From contig NC_087437.1 of NCBI RefSeq assembly GCF_036321535.1, positions 80,044,001-80,108,000 on the forward strand: a DNA stretch of 64,000 bases. The letters are read 5' to 3'. Position 1 is the first letter of the stretch; each line of letters begins with the position of its first letter. The notes under the pieces were generated by a model, which worked only from the letters and a program-made list of their open reading frames with translations, was not told the origin of the DNA and did no database searches. The stretch is from Camelus dromedarius (lineage: Eukaryota). Positions 1 to 14,619 of this stretch are shown piece by piece. Made by a program: the position numbers and the translations under genes.

Positions 1-1059
1 AAATATTGCTCACAACAATAATAAATATCTGGTCATACTGGGAATGAATATTGGTGCATATCTGCTGAGTATCATAAAACCAAGTATCTTGGCAGCTTCT
101 CCTTGCAGAAAAAAGTTCAGAAATGACAGAAAGGCAATCTTCATTCCAACACATTTTAATTTGTTGTTTAGAACTCTATGGTGTCAGACTACAAACTTAT
201 AAACATGATTTTTTTAAATGCCTTTGGAAAATGTCCTACTACAATATTTATAGCTCATTATATTCAAAGTATAAAGCACTGACTTATAAATCCGTTGCAT
301 GAATTATAACTCAGTGCCATGATGACATGAATAATAATGTAAAAATCAGATTCATAATTTACAAAAATGTTGGTTGATAGATTGAAAAATTGATATTTAA
401 ATCAGGCATTTAAAATGTATGAATAAAAATTTTTAATCAACATGAAAATATCATTTGGGGGATTAATGTTAGATTTATAAATAGAAATTCATGTATTTTT
501 CACTTTTCACTGCCACTGTGGATATTTACATGACAAGTTTAGACAATACTATGGAGTCATCCCAAATTATTTCAGATGTGACAGAATTGACAACAGCCAA
601 AACTCACATTGAAAATGTTAACACATTCATCACCAAGCACCATGCCTTCAAGTGAAGTATCATTTGGGCTTTTCCTGTCTTTTTTTTTAAACACCTTTAT
701 GGTGGTATTTCCTATCTTTTTATCACAAATATATTATTCCCAAAATCTTGACTCTGACTATGGCTACACATACACATACACACACAAATGAATAAATACA
801 CATAAAAATAGACACTTGGAATAACTATGCAGAATCACATTTATGAAATAAAATTTATATCATTTATTAATTTCTAGAAAATCATGGAGTGTTTAGTATA
901 CCTTTATCGCTAAGATATATGAAAATTATAGTAAAGATAAATAAATGGTACCAAAGTATAACAGGATTAATGTGGCTTTTGGAAGATTTTATATAAAAGC
1001 CATTCGCATAAATGGCTCCTCAGAATAGCAAGAGAGAAAAGAACACTCTTCACCCATCA

Positions 1060-1182
<123 letters not shown>

Positions 1183-1472
1183 TTAAAGGTTTCCATTATA
1201 CCTTAATGTCAGATTTAAGGCACCAAAACTCTTGAGCAACCCTGACATACTTTTAACTAGGCCTGGAGTGTGCATATTGCTTAAATCACTGAACAGATAA
1301 TCACAAAGAAAGAGGGATCAAGCAAAGATCAACTGTTCTTTATGATTTTTTTATTTATAAAGAAATACTTTTTTCCATTTTTTATTACATACATAAGACC
1401 TTTTGCAGAAAACATCATTCCAAAAAAAATTTGAATCTGATGCAAATATATTTTCATCAATACCATTACAAT

Positions 1473-1578
1473 AGAAGTTTCATGAGATCAGGGATTTCGT
1501 TTTTCTTTGTTCACAGCTGGAACATTGCATGGTACAGAGTTGGTGTACAATAAATACTTATTGAATAAATGAATAAAT
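1473..1578 (+). mobile_element. L2 LINE 3' end fragment
   Basis: Typical L2 tail: ...catgagatcagggatt...ttgttcacagctg...caataaatacttattgaataaatgaataaat. Confidence 0.65.
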
Positions 1579-2552
1579 TTCCACATGCACTGAAGTTCAG
1601 GGAAGTATTTAGTGGGGAAGTTGAGGGGATCAGAGTGAGAGACTATGACCTACTTCCCTCTCCACCTGTACCCTTCTGACTCAAGGCCTTTCTTTTTTTT
1701 TTTTGTTTTTCACATCAAAATTTTGCTTTTAACCAGGCTTTTTATCACCACTGTGCCATTAAAAATCATCTATGAATATTTTTTTAAATGAAGCAAAATG
1801 TGTCCCCTATGTTCCCTTGTGACTAAGATTAAACAATAACTTTACCTTTGTGATAGAAAACCCTAGACCTGGAGAGGGAAAGTTTTTACTCCAACACCTA
1901 ATTTTCTCAAAAATATTTGACAAATTCATACGATTATATTGTAATGTGGATGGTAACCTGTCGTGGAATATGTGCTTTGAGAGTAATGAATGAATACATG
2001 ACTATAATCAAAAGGCAATGACCTCAGCCCCATGTCTGAAGCTCTTTGGCTCTGGGTGATGCCACCTCTCCTGGGAACCATCAGCACCTGTGCAGGTGAG
2101 TCCTCAGCAGGAGGCATGGAGAGCTCAGATTCTGGGGCAGCAGAGTCCAGCAGTGAGAGCAGATGGCTGAGAATAAGGCCAAGCAGGACCCAACAATGTG
2201 GTGACTGAATGTTCTATACACTGGGAACATGATAGGCCCTTCTGGATTGCATAAGCATTCAGGGATCTTGGGTTCTTGGGCAATTCTGAAGGGAACCGGA
2301 AGAACCCAAGGCAGATAACTGACTAGTCTGAGTCAGTTTTAATTGGGGGAGGGGGATGCAAATTAAAACTGAGCTGTTGATATGCATCATAACAATAGCA
2401 ATTGTAGATAGATAGATAAGATCTAATATGGTTCCCATTAGATTGTGTTTAGCTATTCTCAACAAATCTCACTACCTTTATAAATCCCTTAAGGATAAGA
2501 ATGACTCAAACGTAAGGACGATATGAAAAAGCAAGAATAAAAATGTAACTTA

Positions 2553-2738
<186 letters not shown>

Positions 2739-4830
2739 TTAGAACAGTAGACCGAGCTCAGTGGTTAAATAGCTACATATAAATCTAGGCATTTCATATG
2801 TAAAATAAAATATTAGACTGGACCATTTCCAGGGTCAGTTTCAACTATAACATGGCATGGTTTTGAAATTATATACATATAATGCTACTTACAAGCAATC
2901 ATATGTGTCTTTGAGCTAAACAAAACTTCATATTTACCAAAGACACTTTACTCAAATTTCATAAATAAGAAAGGTGAGATTATATGTTCAGGGGGCTATA
3001 ACAAGTAATTTGAAAATGCTCATGGGTATAAGACCTCTGTTAATCTGATCTTATTTCCATGTTAGCTTCACACCTCCTGGCTCCCAATCTTGGTGGGTGA
3101 ATACTGCTCCAGTCCCAAGGCCGTTGTTGCTCTGACCTTTGTGCATTCTCCTTCTGCCTCCTCCCTCCTGCACCTCACCATGACATATCCTGCTCCTCCC
3201 AGATCTCACCTTCCCTGGAAACGTTTGTTCCCCCACAGCATCTATCTCCACTATGGAAGCAGTCACGGTGCATGAGCGGTCTGACTCGTCAGGCCCCTCA
3301 TCCCCAGCCAGAGCTCTTTGGTCTCGTTTGCCTTTGCGTCTTCAGCATAGCACAGTGGCACCAGCATCTTGGAGCCCCCGAGATAAACTCTAAACAAAGG
3401 AATTAAGGTCGCAAATTTTGTGGGGGTCAATCTTCTCAGGGTCTTCCTCTGTGGTACTTGAAGATCCTCACCCTCTTCCAAGGCAATGGGCTTCGGAGGG
3501 ATAACGAACTCCCAGAATTTATATAAAAAGATTATCTATTTTCCTGGGACTGATTAGCTTTCACTGAATTCTCTAACCCTCCCAAAATTTAAGAACCACC
3601 ATTTCAGGAGTAATCAATTATGTTCTTGATCTTCATTAGACCATAGAGGAATACAGCTTCCCCTACCATGTCAAATAAATATGATGCTCAATAAATATTT
3701 TAGCAGATATTATGGAGATGTATAACATTTAATTTCCAATGAGAGAATACATGAACTAGGAGCATGTGGGCAAAGCTGCAGAAATGTCTAGCTGAGTCAT
3801 GAAGAGAGCCAGAGTCATTATGAATGAAAACATCTTGAGTCTAATCCAAATGTCTTAGTAGTCTACTTAATTTTTCCCATAAGTGACTGTCCTTGTAGCA
3901 GACTCCAAAGCTGGTGACACCTAAGGCAAAAATAAAAAATAAATAAAACTTCCCCTTCACTCATTGCCTGCCTGAACTGCTAGCTAAACATATGAATTCT
4001 GTCTGTGAAAAAAACGCATATACATATATATACATATATAGCAATCTTTATACCAGAGTTATTCAATTCTTAAAAAAAAAAAAAAAAAGAAAAGACATGC
4101 ACACTTACTTTGCCTGCCATTTCTCCCGAGTTTTGTTCTCGGCAGCAGGGCAAGACTGAAATCCAGAGTAGAAAGCTCCTTGAAGGGGAGGCGGTGAGCT
4201 ACTTGGGAGGAGGGGAAAGGCTGCTGCTCTCCACAGGGCTCCCTCCCTCCGCAAGGAAGCAGGGACAAAGTGTGATAAGCACCGCCATGTCTCTCCCTCA
4301 CTCTCCCTCAGGCCCACTTCATAACCTCTCTGCACACAATTCTGAGAGATGGATAAATGCTTTTAATGAAAAGAGTCAACAGTACTCAAGCTGTAGACTT
4401 GGAAACGGTCATGGGCACAACATTCTAACTGCCCTCCGGGAAAAGATAAAGGAGATTCATAGAAATCTCTTTTTCCTGTCTCCCGTTTCCCACCAAGTTT
4501 TAAAAGCCCTGTCGTTAGAATAGTCGAGCCTTCCCCTTCATCCCAAACAGTAATTTATCAAGGGGAAAAGCCAATCTCTCCTTCTTCACTGGGCTAAGTG
4601 GTCATGCTAATTTAATCTCACTTAATCTTCTTTTTGCCTTTGCTAGGATTTACGAATAAGACCATATTGAAGTAGGCAAAAGGAAAAATAGTGCTAAATG
4701 AATTTCAGGGTAACACTCTCCAAATCACAGTATTTTAACTTCAATTGATTTTAATTCCTGCGAGAATGAAGGCTTCTTTCAATTCAACTTTTGGTGTTCA
4801 GTGCATGAATAAATAAATGAATAGTGTAGA

Positions 4831-5020
4831 CTAGTGGTTCTCATTCAAGGTAGAAATATTTGAAGAGGCGTTTTGATTTCCCCGATGACTGGGGAGAGCA
4901 TGCTACTGAGATTTCATGGGTAAGACTGGATGTGATAAACATTTTGAAACTCAAAGGACAGCCCCACACAATGAAGAATTTCACACTGGAAGTGCTAACA
5001 GCCCTCTTACAAAACAGTAG
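4831..5020 (+). mobile_element. MER20-like hAT-Charlie DNA transposon remnant
   Basis: Starts tagtggttctca; internal tgctactgagatttcatgggtaagactggatg and ggacagccccacacaatgaagaatt resemble the MER20 consensus. Confidence 0.65.
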
Positions 5021-5489
5021 TGTGGATCATTCAATGGTAAGCATGATACATAGAAGATTCTAACTTCCCCATCCTATATTTCATCTTTCTTTCTGAAAGA
5101 AGTCACTAAGAAGCAACAGGCCAAGTGATTCATTGCCAAACTCACTGGAACAAACAATGTTTGTATGATAAGGTTCTTCTATAAAAAGCATTAGAAACAC
5201 AGCTAATGATAAACTGTAGAGAAATATTGCTCAATGTGACTCACACAAAATGTTGCTTAGGGTAGCACAGTCAGTCTCAGGCCCCTCAACTGCCAGCTAC
5301 AGGAAACAGAACCACTACGGGAAAATAAAATCCTATGTTTGGGAGCAGAAGCCTCAGACAGGCAAAGGAAAGTGATTTGCTCAGTTTTATTGGAAATTTT
5401 TTTTCTCGGAAGATACATTGGGCTTCCGATTATTTCATGAAATGGGGAAATTTTTTAGTTATGATCCCCAAACCTAGCACACAGTTTCA

Positions 5490-5786
<297 letters not shown>

Positions 5787-6467
5787 TTAAAAATCCCCTG
5801 ATGTATTTTCATCCTCTTGATCTGTTTGATTCATTCTTCTACTTGAAGATACCATAATCTAACAAGAAAGTTATTAAGAAAAATATCCAGGAAAAAGAGT
5901 CTTTGGTTTAGTTATCTCAGGAGAGGTCTTTGAGTGGAGAGATTTTAGTTCATCTCTGTTCCTTGTGCCTGGTATACAGTGGAGGTGCATTAAATGTTGG
6001 TCGAGCAGTGTCAAATGATTGGAGAATTGAGTGGAAAGAATTAGGTCACTGAGGAAATTCAGAAGAGAGTAACTGAATTATTTAGATCACCTGTCTAGAG
6101 CAGTGAGACGCACTACAAATGATGCATTTTCCCAAGTGTCAGGAAGAAGCAGTTAAAATTCAGCCTAAGCCAAACTGTTGAGCACTTTGGTGTTTTGTAA
6201 CCCATCTTATCCAGGATGTAGTAACAAAAGCCATCCATCCAGATTTCATTTTATTTTATTAAATTATGCTAGAGAGAAGGAAAATGAAAATGAATCTGCT
6301 GGTACTCAAACATAAATGCATAGCTTACCCTGAGAAAACGTTGCCAGTGACAGGGCGTCATAAAAGCAATGAACTGGTGTGGAAATGTGAAAAACAATTT
6401 GTAGTTTTCCGTGATTTCATGAGTTATCCGTGATGGGATCCATTCCAGGTCTATAGAGGTGAACAGG

Positions 6468-6505
6468 CACACACACGCGCGTGCACACACACACACACAC
6501 ACACA
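6468..6505. repeat. Interrupted (CA)n microsatellite
   Basis: cacacacacgcgcgtgcacacacacacacacacacaca. Confidence 0.95.
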
Positions 6506-8489
6506 TAAATTTTTCATGTTATTTTTCTACCTATAATGAACAAAATATATGTAGAAAATGGAGAGTTTGGCTGCTGCAAGGTAACTCTCTAGTGGCAGAA
6601 GCTTTTACTTTTATTGGTTTTGGTAATTGTTACAGGTTGAATTGTACCATTTCCTCCAGAAGAAAAAAAAAAAAGATGCATCTTCACATCTTCACATCAG
6701 AATGTGGCCTTATTTGGAATAGGATCACTGAAGAGAGAATCAATTTAGATGAGGTCATACCAGAGTAGGGTATCCCTAGAGTACTTAACTAGATCACTGC
6801 ATATCATAAATGTATTGAAGTGAATCCATATCATTAAATACGTTATGAGAGAGGTATCATTCCTTTCTCTTATACCAGTTAAAGACTTCAGCTTCACCTT
6901 TGTTTGAGAGGAATTAACTGATGTCTACAACAGCTTAACAATGGCAGTGACTGCTTTATCCAGATATAGAGTTCTCCTCTGTTTTCTGCTTTATACCTGA
7001 AGACTTGTAACCCCTGCAATGGAACTGAATTTGCTACAAGCTAATCTCACTTGAAGAAACGATAACAAACTAACGGCTTTTTACAGTGTAAGAAAAGGGA
7101 TCTGTTCAAATCCATCCTAACCCAGTTTTCTAAAGACTTTTCACGGTCCCTTCCAAGGAACACATTTTTTTTTCCTGGTTGTAGATACTAAAGACATCTA
7201 CTCAGCACAACTTTTCCATTTATGAGGCTTTGAGGGGAAAAAAAAAGATACTTCAAGTTGCCAAAGGGTAATTCCTGCCAAAAGTAGAGAAATTTTTTCA
7301 GAGTTACTGAATAAGAGTTGCTCTCAACAACTAAATTTTTTAGCATTTTTATTGCCCAATCCCTGGCCTGAATTGCAGCATCCCTTTGAACGATATTTTG
7401 AATATTAAACAGCCCAATGAATATAAGCTAACAACAAAAAAACCAAGGAATTAAATACCTTTAGATGTTTGGTTTTTCGCGTTCTGTGTTTAAAGATACT
7501 ACATATATTTAAAATGGTAGGCCTGCATACAGAGTTTATGTGCAGCTATGCTGCCAAAATGGTGATTTTTCCCCTGATATGTAATCAAGCTAAGCTTTTC
7601 ATAGTAATAAAAAATGCAGTATTCAATTGAATTCAGATAAAAATAAAGAAAAGTTCTGCACTCTTCTTACCTATCTATCAGGCAACGAGTTTGCCTCAGG
7701 TTTTCTAAAAGTATGTAGATTTAAATATCCTGTCACACTAAATATCCTGTCACCATCTATCTCACCATGTATAAAAATGAATCCTGATTTGGGGTTCGCA
7801 GAATACGGTTACCATCTAAATGGGTGTAAAGAGGGGGTGGATCCAATTCTGTATATGTGAATAAAAACATCACCCTACTTCTTTATCTCCAATAAAGCTC
7901 CATTCCTAGAACAGCTAATTACACTTTTCCTCTTAGACATAACTAATGACAATATATTTGCAGCATATTGTTCACATATCTAACAAGTATTTCTAGCCTT
8001 GGTCTTTTTCTCAACAATTTCATATTCAACTGGCTTCCATTCAATGGCATCCAGATGAGGCTAAAGATCTCTAGCTTTTGATAGACTGAAAGATTTTTAT
8101 CTCATCTTAATACTGTTTAGTTTGAGACCCACATTTCCTTTCAGTGGTGTCAATATTTATTTTAACATTTTCTAATTATTACCTGTAACAGTAAGAGCAC
8201 AGATCTATGCAAGTATTCAAATAATTTGCACACATATATTCTGCAATACAAACACAGCAACATCCCAAAATTGAACTGTACTCAGCACTGCAGTGCAGTG
8301 GCTCAAAATGTTCCTTTACTATTGACCTGAAAATGTAAAAATTTATATGAAAAGCAATTCTAGGTGTCAGTGTATAATGTAAAAAAAGAGAGCAGGGTGC
8401 ACAGGAGTTAAAAACACAAAGCCAGTGCCACCAGTTTTATACAGGCTAGAGGCTATTTGGTCCTATTTATTTTCAAAATCTAAACTGCA

Positions 8490-9120
8490 TGCCAATTCAT
8501 GTCAACAAAGTCTCCAAAAAAAAAAAAAAGCATTTTATTGCATACATGTTATGTGTTAGTCTCTGTGCTAGACTCTGAAGATAGAGACATTAACAAGACT
8601 CCTTTACTTCATGGAACTCATGGTTGGGTAAAGGAGACAGAGGAAAAGCTGACCATTACAATGCTGCCTGGTAATGATAGGACAGAGGTTTGATGACCAT
8701 GTTATGTATAACCATGTCTTGGTAGGTCAGAGTCATTTGGAAGGGACTGTTGGGAAGACAGGACATAGTTCCAACTGGTTAAATTTTATAAGAAATTGAT
8801 TAGATGATGGCGTGAAGAAAAGGGGATGTCAAAATGATGCTGAGGTTTCAAGCATTAGTGATTGGGTGGATTAGTCCCTGAGATAAGGAATACAGGAAGG
8901 AAAATGACGATGAGCTCAGTTTTTGAGAGGCTGAGGTACATATAGGATGGCAGAAATATACAGCAGCAAGTTGGAAATGTGAGTCTAATCTTTGGAGGAC
9001 AGAAAAGAGTGAGAGTTATAAATGTGATAATCACCAAATACTCAGCATATCCACTATAAACAATAATAGTAGACGAAATACCCACTGAGAGCACTCAGTA
9101 AGAAATGGGCTGAAAACAGA
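8490..9120 (-). mobile_element. L2 LINE fragment
   Basis: Reverse L2 3' motifs (cattttattg...ctctgtgctagactctgaagatagag...catggaactcat) followed by purine-rich L2 body (gtcaaaatgatgctgaggtttcaagc, gatgagctcagttt). Confidence 0.65.
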
Positions 9121-9827
9121 AAGATAATTTTTCAGGTGTCCTTTAATAAGACTTTCCCTCATTTTCCCAATGAAATATAATCATTCTCTTCTGCCCTATC
9201 CCATATCACCTTAATTGTGAGTCTACTATATTGCTTACCTGAGAGTGGATATTTTGCTTCCCCAACTAGATTATGAAATCATTGGAAGCTCTGGGTTTTC
9301 TCAGAGGGCCTAACAGATACTCAGCAAGTGTTTATTAAAATAAATTTGATTAAATTCACAAACAGCATGCATGGTTTCTAACTTTTTAATATCAAGTTCC
9401 AAGATGCACAAAGAAAATACGTGCACAATGATGAGTTCATCTTGACTGTTCATCCAGAACTCATATTTCCTGTCTCTACTCTGCCAACTGCCTGAGATGA
9501 TTCCTGTTTTCAGAGTTTTAGATGAACATCACAATGCTCAATGTCAGATAGTTTCTAATTCAACACACTAAATAATAAGAAATTAATGCATTTTTGCTAT
9601 TTGTTTAGGTATTTAGCCTTTTTAAGTGCATCGGTCTTGGTGACTAATTACCTTGTTTTATTATTAATAATGAATTTTTAAACCATTTCCCCTTAAGAGT
9701 GATAGATATACTGATACTTATTGTCATTAATAGCAAGCAAGTGCATAACAGCCAGCTGAGGTTGGCATAAACACTGGTTATGTAACAACATAAAGCTGGC
9801 AAGACATCATGAATACCATGCTCCAAT

Positions 9828-9948
9828 CAGCATGTCTCATGAATATGTATTATAGAGGATCTTATTAAAATGCAGACTCTGATTCAATAGATCTGGGATG
9901 GGGCCTATCTGTGTATTTCTCACAAGCTCCCAGATAATGCCAGTGTTG
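9828..9948. mobile_element. MER5A-like hAT-Charlie element, interrupted by the LTR at 9953
   Basis: cttattaaaatgcagactctgattcaatagatctgggatggggcct...atttctcacaagctcccagataatgcc matches the MER5A core. Confidence 0.7.
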
Positions 9949-9952
9949 CAAG

Positions 9953-10488
9953 TGAAGGGGAGCAGAATTTGCCACCCAAAATACTCCTTTTCGGCATAAG
10001 GATTATCTTAAACTGATTGTTTTTTTTAAGAAAAAGCAGCCATAGGAGAATCTCTGAAAACAAGTGGAAGTTATCCTTCTGAAAGGACATTTACATTTAT
10101 AAGAGAAATCTCCATTTGTAAGTATGTCTCCTTCTCTGTACCAGGAAGAGAGGAAGGACTAAATCTCCAGAAACTCTTACAAAGGGATGCTCCTGACTTA
10201 AATCTCCAAAATGACAATACTCTGGTTTACTGGGCTTTGCCTGATAACCTCCTGTAACTGGTTTCCCCAACCCCAGTATCTTCTTTTATTTTTAGCTGGA
10301 GATAGTATTTAAGGTAGTGGCTTGGGTCATTTCAAGGAGTTAGTTTTTCTGGGTATCGCCCATGAATACAGGTCTTACATGTTATTAAACTTCTGTCTGT
10401 TTTTCTCTAGTTAACCTGTCTTTTATTACAGGGAGCCTCAGCCAAGAACCTACAGGGGTAGAGAGAAAATAATTTTTCTTCCCCTACA
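9953..10488 (+). mobile_element. ERV1-class solo LTR (MER34-like), 536 bp
   Basis: TG...CA termini with imperfect inverted ends (TGAAGGGGAG...TTCCCCTACA). Perfect 4-bp TSD CAAG (9949-9952 and 10489-10492). ATTAAA near 10384. 5' motif cagaatttgccacccaaaata...ggcataaggattat. Confidence 0.88.
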
Positions 10489-11195
10489 CAAGTCTTTTAA
10501 CAAACTGAGTTGCTTAGTCACAACTATATATTTTGATTGGGCAGAAGCTAACCCTGAGGTGGGTTCCATCTGGTAAGACTAAGCACTCCCACCAAACAGT
10601 ATGATTTACATGCTTACAAGAGGGAAAGGTTTGGATGAAAAAGAGACAGGAGAGAGAGACATGAATCATGAAAGGGATGGGTGTGTGTTTGATTCTCTTC
10701 CTTTCTGAGGAACTAACTGGTTTTGAATTACAATGAAAGAGGGCTCATGAAGGGCTTTGTGAGACTGAGCCCAAATAAGTCTACTTCAGTGCTCAGGTAG
10801 ATGTGTGAAATAAAATTGGGAATAGGATCAGTCTTCTCCTACCTCACCTCTACCCTATTCCACAATTCATAGCAGTTTAATAACCAGGGGAGCAGGACAG
10901 TCACCTCAAATGGCAACTATGCCCTGGGCAGTCTCTGAAACCACTGAAGGAGTCATGGGGTGGGGGTGGGTGAGTTGTGAGCAGATGAAGGTCCTGTGCA
11001 GTTCAGATGCAGGTATTCCTATGAATATGACTGCACCTGTATCTGTGGTCTGGCTTGCATGCACTTAAAGATAGGATTGGTGTAAAACCGATCACAGGAA
11101 CCAAAACCTATTCAGTATAATAGGAAGGCCTTTTCTGTATGCTGAAGAGTGTATTGCTTTGTAGTGCCATAGATATCTCACCTGGAAATACAGGA

Positions 11196-11556
11196 CAGAC
11201 ACCCCTCAGAATCTGTGGGGGATTGATTCCAGGACACCCCTTGGATATCAAAATAAAAAAAAATCCACAGATGTTCAAGTCCCTTACATAAAATGGCATA
11301 TGTAGTATTTGCATATAACCTACGCACATTCTCCTGTACACTTTAAATCATCTTTAGATTACTTATAATACTTAGTACAATGTAAATGTTATGTAAATAC
11401 TTGTAAATATAATGTAAATGTTATGTAAATAGTTGCTGGCCTGCAGCAAATTCAAGTTTTGCTTTTAGGAACTTTCTGGAATTTTTTTCCAGAATATCTT
11501 CAATCTGAGGTTGGTTGAACCCACAGATGTGGAACCCATGGATACAGAGTCAACTC
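11196..11556 (+). mobile_element. MER2/MER2B (TcMar-Tigger) MITE
   Basis: Close match to the recalled MER2 consensus: gggattgattccaggacacccc...gtagtatttgcatataacctacgcacat...tttaaatcatctttagattacttataatac...ggttggttgaacccacagatgtggaacccatggatac. Small internal duplication at about 11379-11431. Confidence 0.9.
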
Positions 11557-13452
11557 TAATTTGTTCCCTGGACTCCAGTAGATATTCCAAAACCATATAA
11601 TCTTAGCAGGTTATAAAAGTAATTTATATATCATTTCCATTTCTATCTCTATGAGAGTAGCAACTTTTGGCACCACATAAACTTAAAATTGCTTAGAGAC
11701 AGATGTTATATTTGTTGTTTTAACTAATTTCTTTTAAGTTACTCTTCCTCTTGAGTTTTTATACAATATTGAGGTTTTGCTGCTAAAGAAACAAGAAGTT
11801 CAAAAGGGATACTGATGTTTCATCTACACGAAATACCAGCAGCTGATGCAGAATTTAAAGTGGGTTAGGAATTCAGGTTTCCTCTCTGTATGGAACAGGT
11901 TCCTCGCCACCTCAGTTTCCCACATCTGTTTCTCATTAGCAAATACAAGCTGTTGTTTCCAGGGCTGTCGGACATGCTATGTGGTCTCAGGCAAACTTTG
12001 CAGACTGCTGTTCACACTTGCTGCTCCACATTCTTTGGGACCAAAAGAGTTTGGTCAGCTTTTTCTAGCAGAAAGAAAGCACATAGGTTTTACTTATACA
12101 AGAGAGGAGGTGAAAATCCATGCAATAAAGACCTTTGTTATTAAAATAAAGAAGGATATGGATCCTGAATTATTCAGTCACTGAATTTGCCAACTAATTC
12201 CCCATCTCTCCACTGCACTTTATCACTGAAGATTAATCAGGATGTGATCAGCAGTCTCTGCCTGGATCAGTACTTCTGCCTTATCCGGTATAGTAATGTG
12301 GTCACAGGTGCAAAGCAAAAACAGACGTTCTCTTCACAACTTGGAAACCAAAATACAATGACTATGTAGGAAGGCAGAGGAATTGGCCTTTCTTATCTAC
12401 ACAGAGGGCCAGCACGTATTCCCTGGGATAATTATTCCATTATTCACTCTTACTTTGTCTTTGGGCACAGAACAGTGCAATGGTTAAGCAAAGCCTAACA
12501 CAGAATTAAACAGTTCATTCTGTTTGACCCACCCATGTTTCTCATGACTAGTTACTTCACTATAAAACTGTCAGGCCACAAAATTTCTGGTGTCATAAAC
12601 CTAATCTCTCCTTGACTGTGCTTTTATCATTAAAGACTTCTTTAGAGGATTGAAAGTTTAGGCTGACCCTACCATCGCCCAAAAAGGGGCTGGTTCCAGA
12701 AGGTATCCATTAGTCACGGAGACTAAATGCATTTATCTGTATGCTTCACTTCAGCAAAGTAATTCCTTGGTACTCTAAAAGTCAACTATGGTTTGTGTTT
12801 CATTCTAGGAAGAGCACAATTATAGCATCAGTTTCCTGCTATTAGCTTGGATAGCCAAGAGTTAACTACTTCAAAATTAAATGATATCCCTTTAAATTTA
12901 AAATGAATTAGACCATGGTGGTTTCCTTGACTCAAGGATAAATGCCATGGAAATTATAGAAAATAGTTCTAATGTCATGAAACAGCAAAGGTCAGATAGG
13001 GTGAGATGGTTACTCTCATCATTATTAACATTACTTTGCATTTAGATAGCCCCTCTCCTTTGCCAGACTTATTCTCATTCTATCCCATTGCTGAGTATCT
13101 GAGCAGCTTGTGGAGCTTCTGATGACATCAAGGGTGAGCCTGCTGTGGAAGAGAAACCACAAGTCAAGAGGGGAGTGAGCAATTAACCTTTAGGCTCTGT
13201 TTGCTCATGCTGGTCTTTCGCAAACAACCTGCAAAAATGGGCTGACTTGGAAAGAACACCCATATAAACTTAAAGCCTCTCCTGGAACTTTTGATTTATC
13301 TTATTTATTTGATTTATCTTATTTATCTTATTTTAGATCTTTTTAATATAAATTTCAAGTTGCAACAGTGTGTGTGTGTGTGTATGTATGCATAGGTTTG
13401 GAAAGTTTGGATATTTGCGTCTGAGCCCAATAGTGCTAAAAGTGTTAACACG

Positions 13453-14118
13453 TGTAAGGACAAATACAAATTAAAAATAAGCAGTTTAATTCTCCCTGTT
13501 GAAAATAAAGGAAGAGTCCATTTATATCACAAAACTTGTAAGTACTTTCTCTTCTCCTTGAAATGTATGTAAATCCTTTTGAAAATTATACAGGGCTTTT
13601 GTCAGCTTTATGACCCAGTGATGTCTTTCTCAAGGACCTGGGAACCATCTCTCAGAACTGTAAGGAAAATAGCCTTCTCTCACAGCCTGAGGAGAGAGGA
13701 CCCTAACTTCTTTGGAGGGAGCCTTGCTCCAAATTGTAAAAGTAGCTCCTTTTATAAAGAGACGAGAATTTAATTTTTTCCTTCGGATAAAGCCAATACA
13801 CTAACACAGATTGTCACTTCAATTACCAGGTAAGTTCAGGATGAACTATATGTGACAAATGATTGGTCAAGTTTTCTTACTTGAGGACTAATTATTATTT
13901 ACTTTGAAAACCTGTTTTAAGGGGTTGCCTCTGCTTGACTATGTAAAAGAGTGAGACCCCTTTCTGCCTTTGCAACCTCTTAGTGGATTGCCTGTGCTAA
14001 GCATCACATTCTGGTTTAATGCTTATTCAATGATAAATGTGTTTTCATCTCTACTATCACTGTGCAAAGGATTCCTGGGTTGGGAGAAAGTTTTGTGTTT
14101 AGTTATATTGCCCCAATA
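13453..14118 (+). mobile_element. ERV1-class solo LTR (MER34/MER39-like), 666 bp
   Basis: Starts TGTAAGGA, ends ccccaaTA (terminal CA probably mutated). 4-bp TSD CACG at 13449-13452 and 14119-14122. Typical internal motifs ttaattctccctgttgaaaataa and catcacattctggtttaatgcttattcaat. Confidence 0.85.
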
Positions 14119-14619
14119 CACGACTGTGCTTTTAAATGGAATAATGGACTCAAGAAAATAATAAAGCATACTGTCAGTCATTTTCAACCATAATGCACAC
14201 GAGACTCAACTGCCGGGTTTAAAATACAGATTTATAGCATATTTGGAAATTCTGACACTACATACCTAGGATGAAGCAGCGAAGTCAACTATCTCAGGTG
14301 ACATTGTGGTGGTCAGTGGGTACCATTGTAGATGGATGTTTTAACATAATTTTTAAAATTCACCATATGAAAAATATTTTCTTTTGCTGTCCTAGGCCCT
14401 CCTTGACTCATTTACATGTTTTATTTACATTTACAAGTATAATAACTACAGCATCCACTAGGTCCTCTCTGCCGAGCAGTCGTCTTCCATCTTGGCCTTC
14501 TTTTCCATCCGTAACAGGGTAAAACTTGACTGCCCTTCCCAGTCCCCAGCCAGGCCTCTGGCTTCTCTCTCTCTGGGGGCCCGTGCCTCCCGCTTTACGA
14601 GGAGGTGAACACAGTTAGC

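Noticed and set aside
4059..4523. 137-aa and overlapping ORFs in a GC-richer intronic patch
   Set aside because: No recognisable domain, a non-ATG start for the longest, and a length compatible with chance.
7722..7753. Short tandem duplications (taaatatcctgtcac x2; also 29577-29609 and about 13291-13335)
   Set aside because: Ordinary slippage duplications with only 2-3 copies and no spacer structure.
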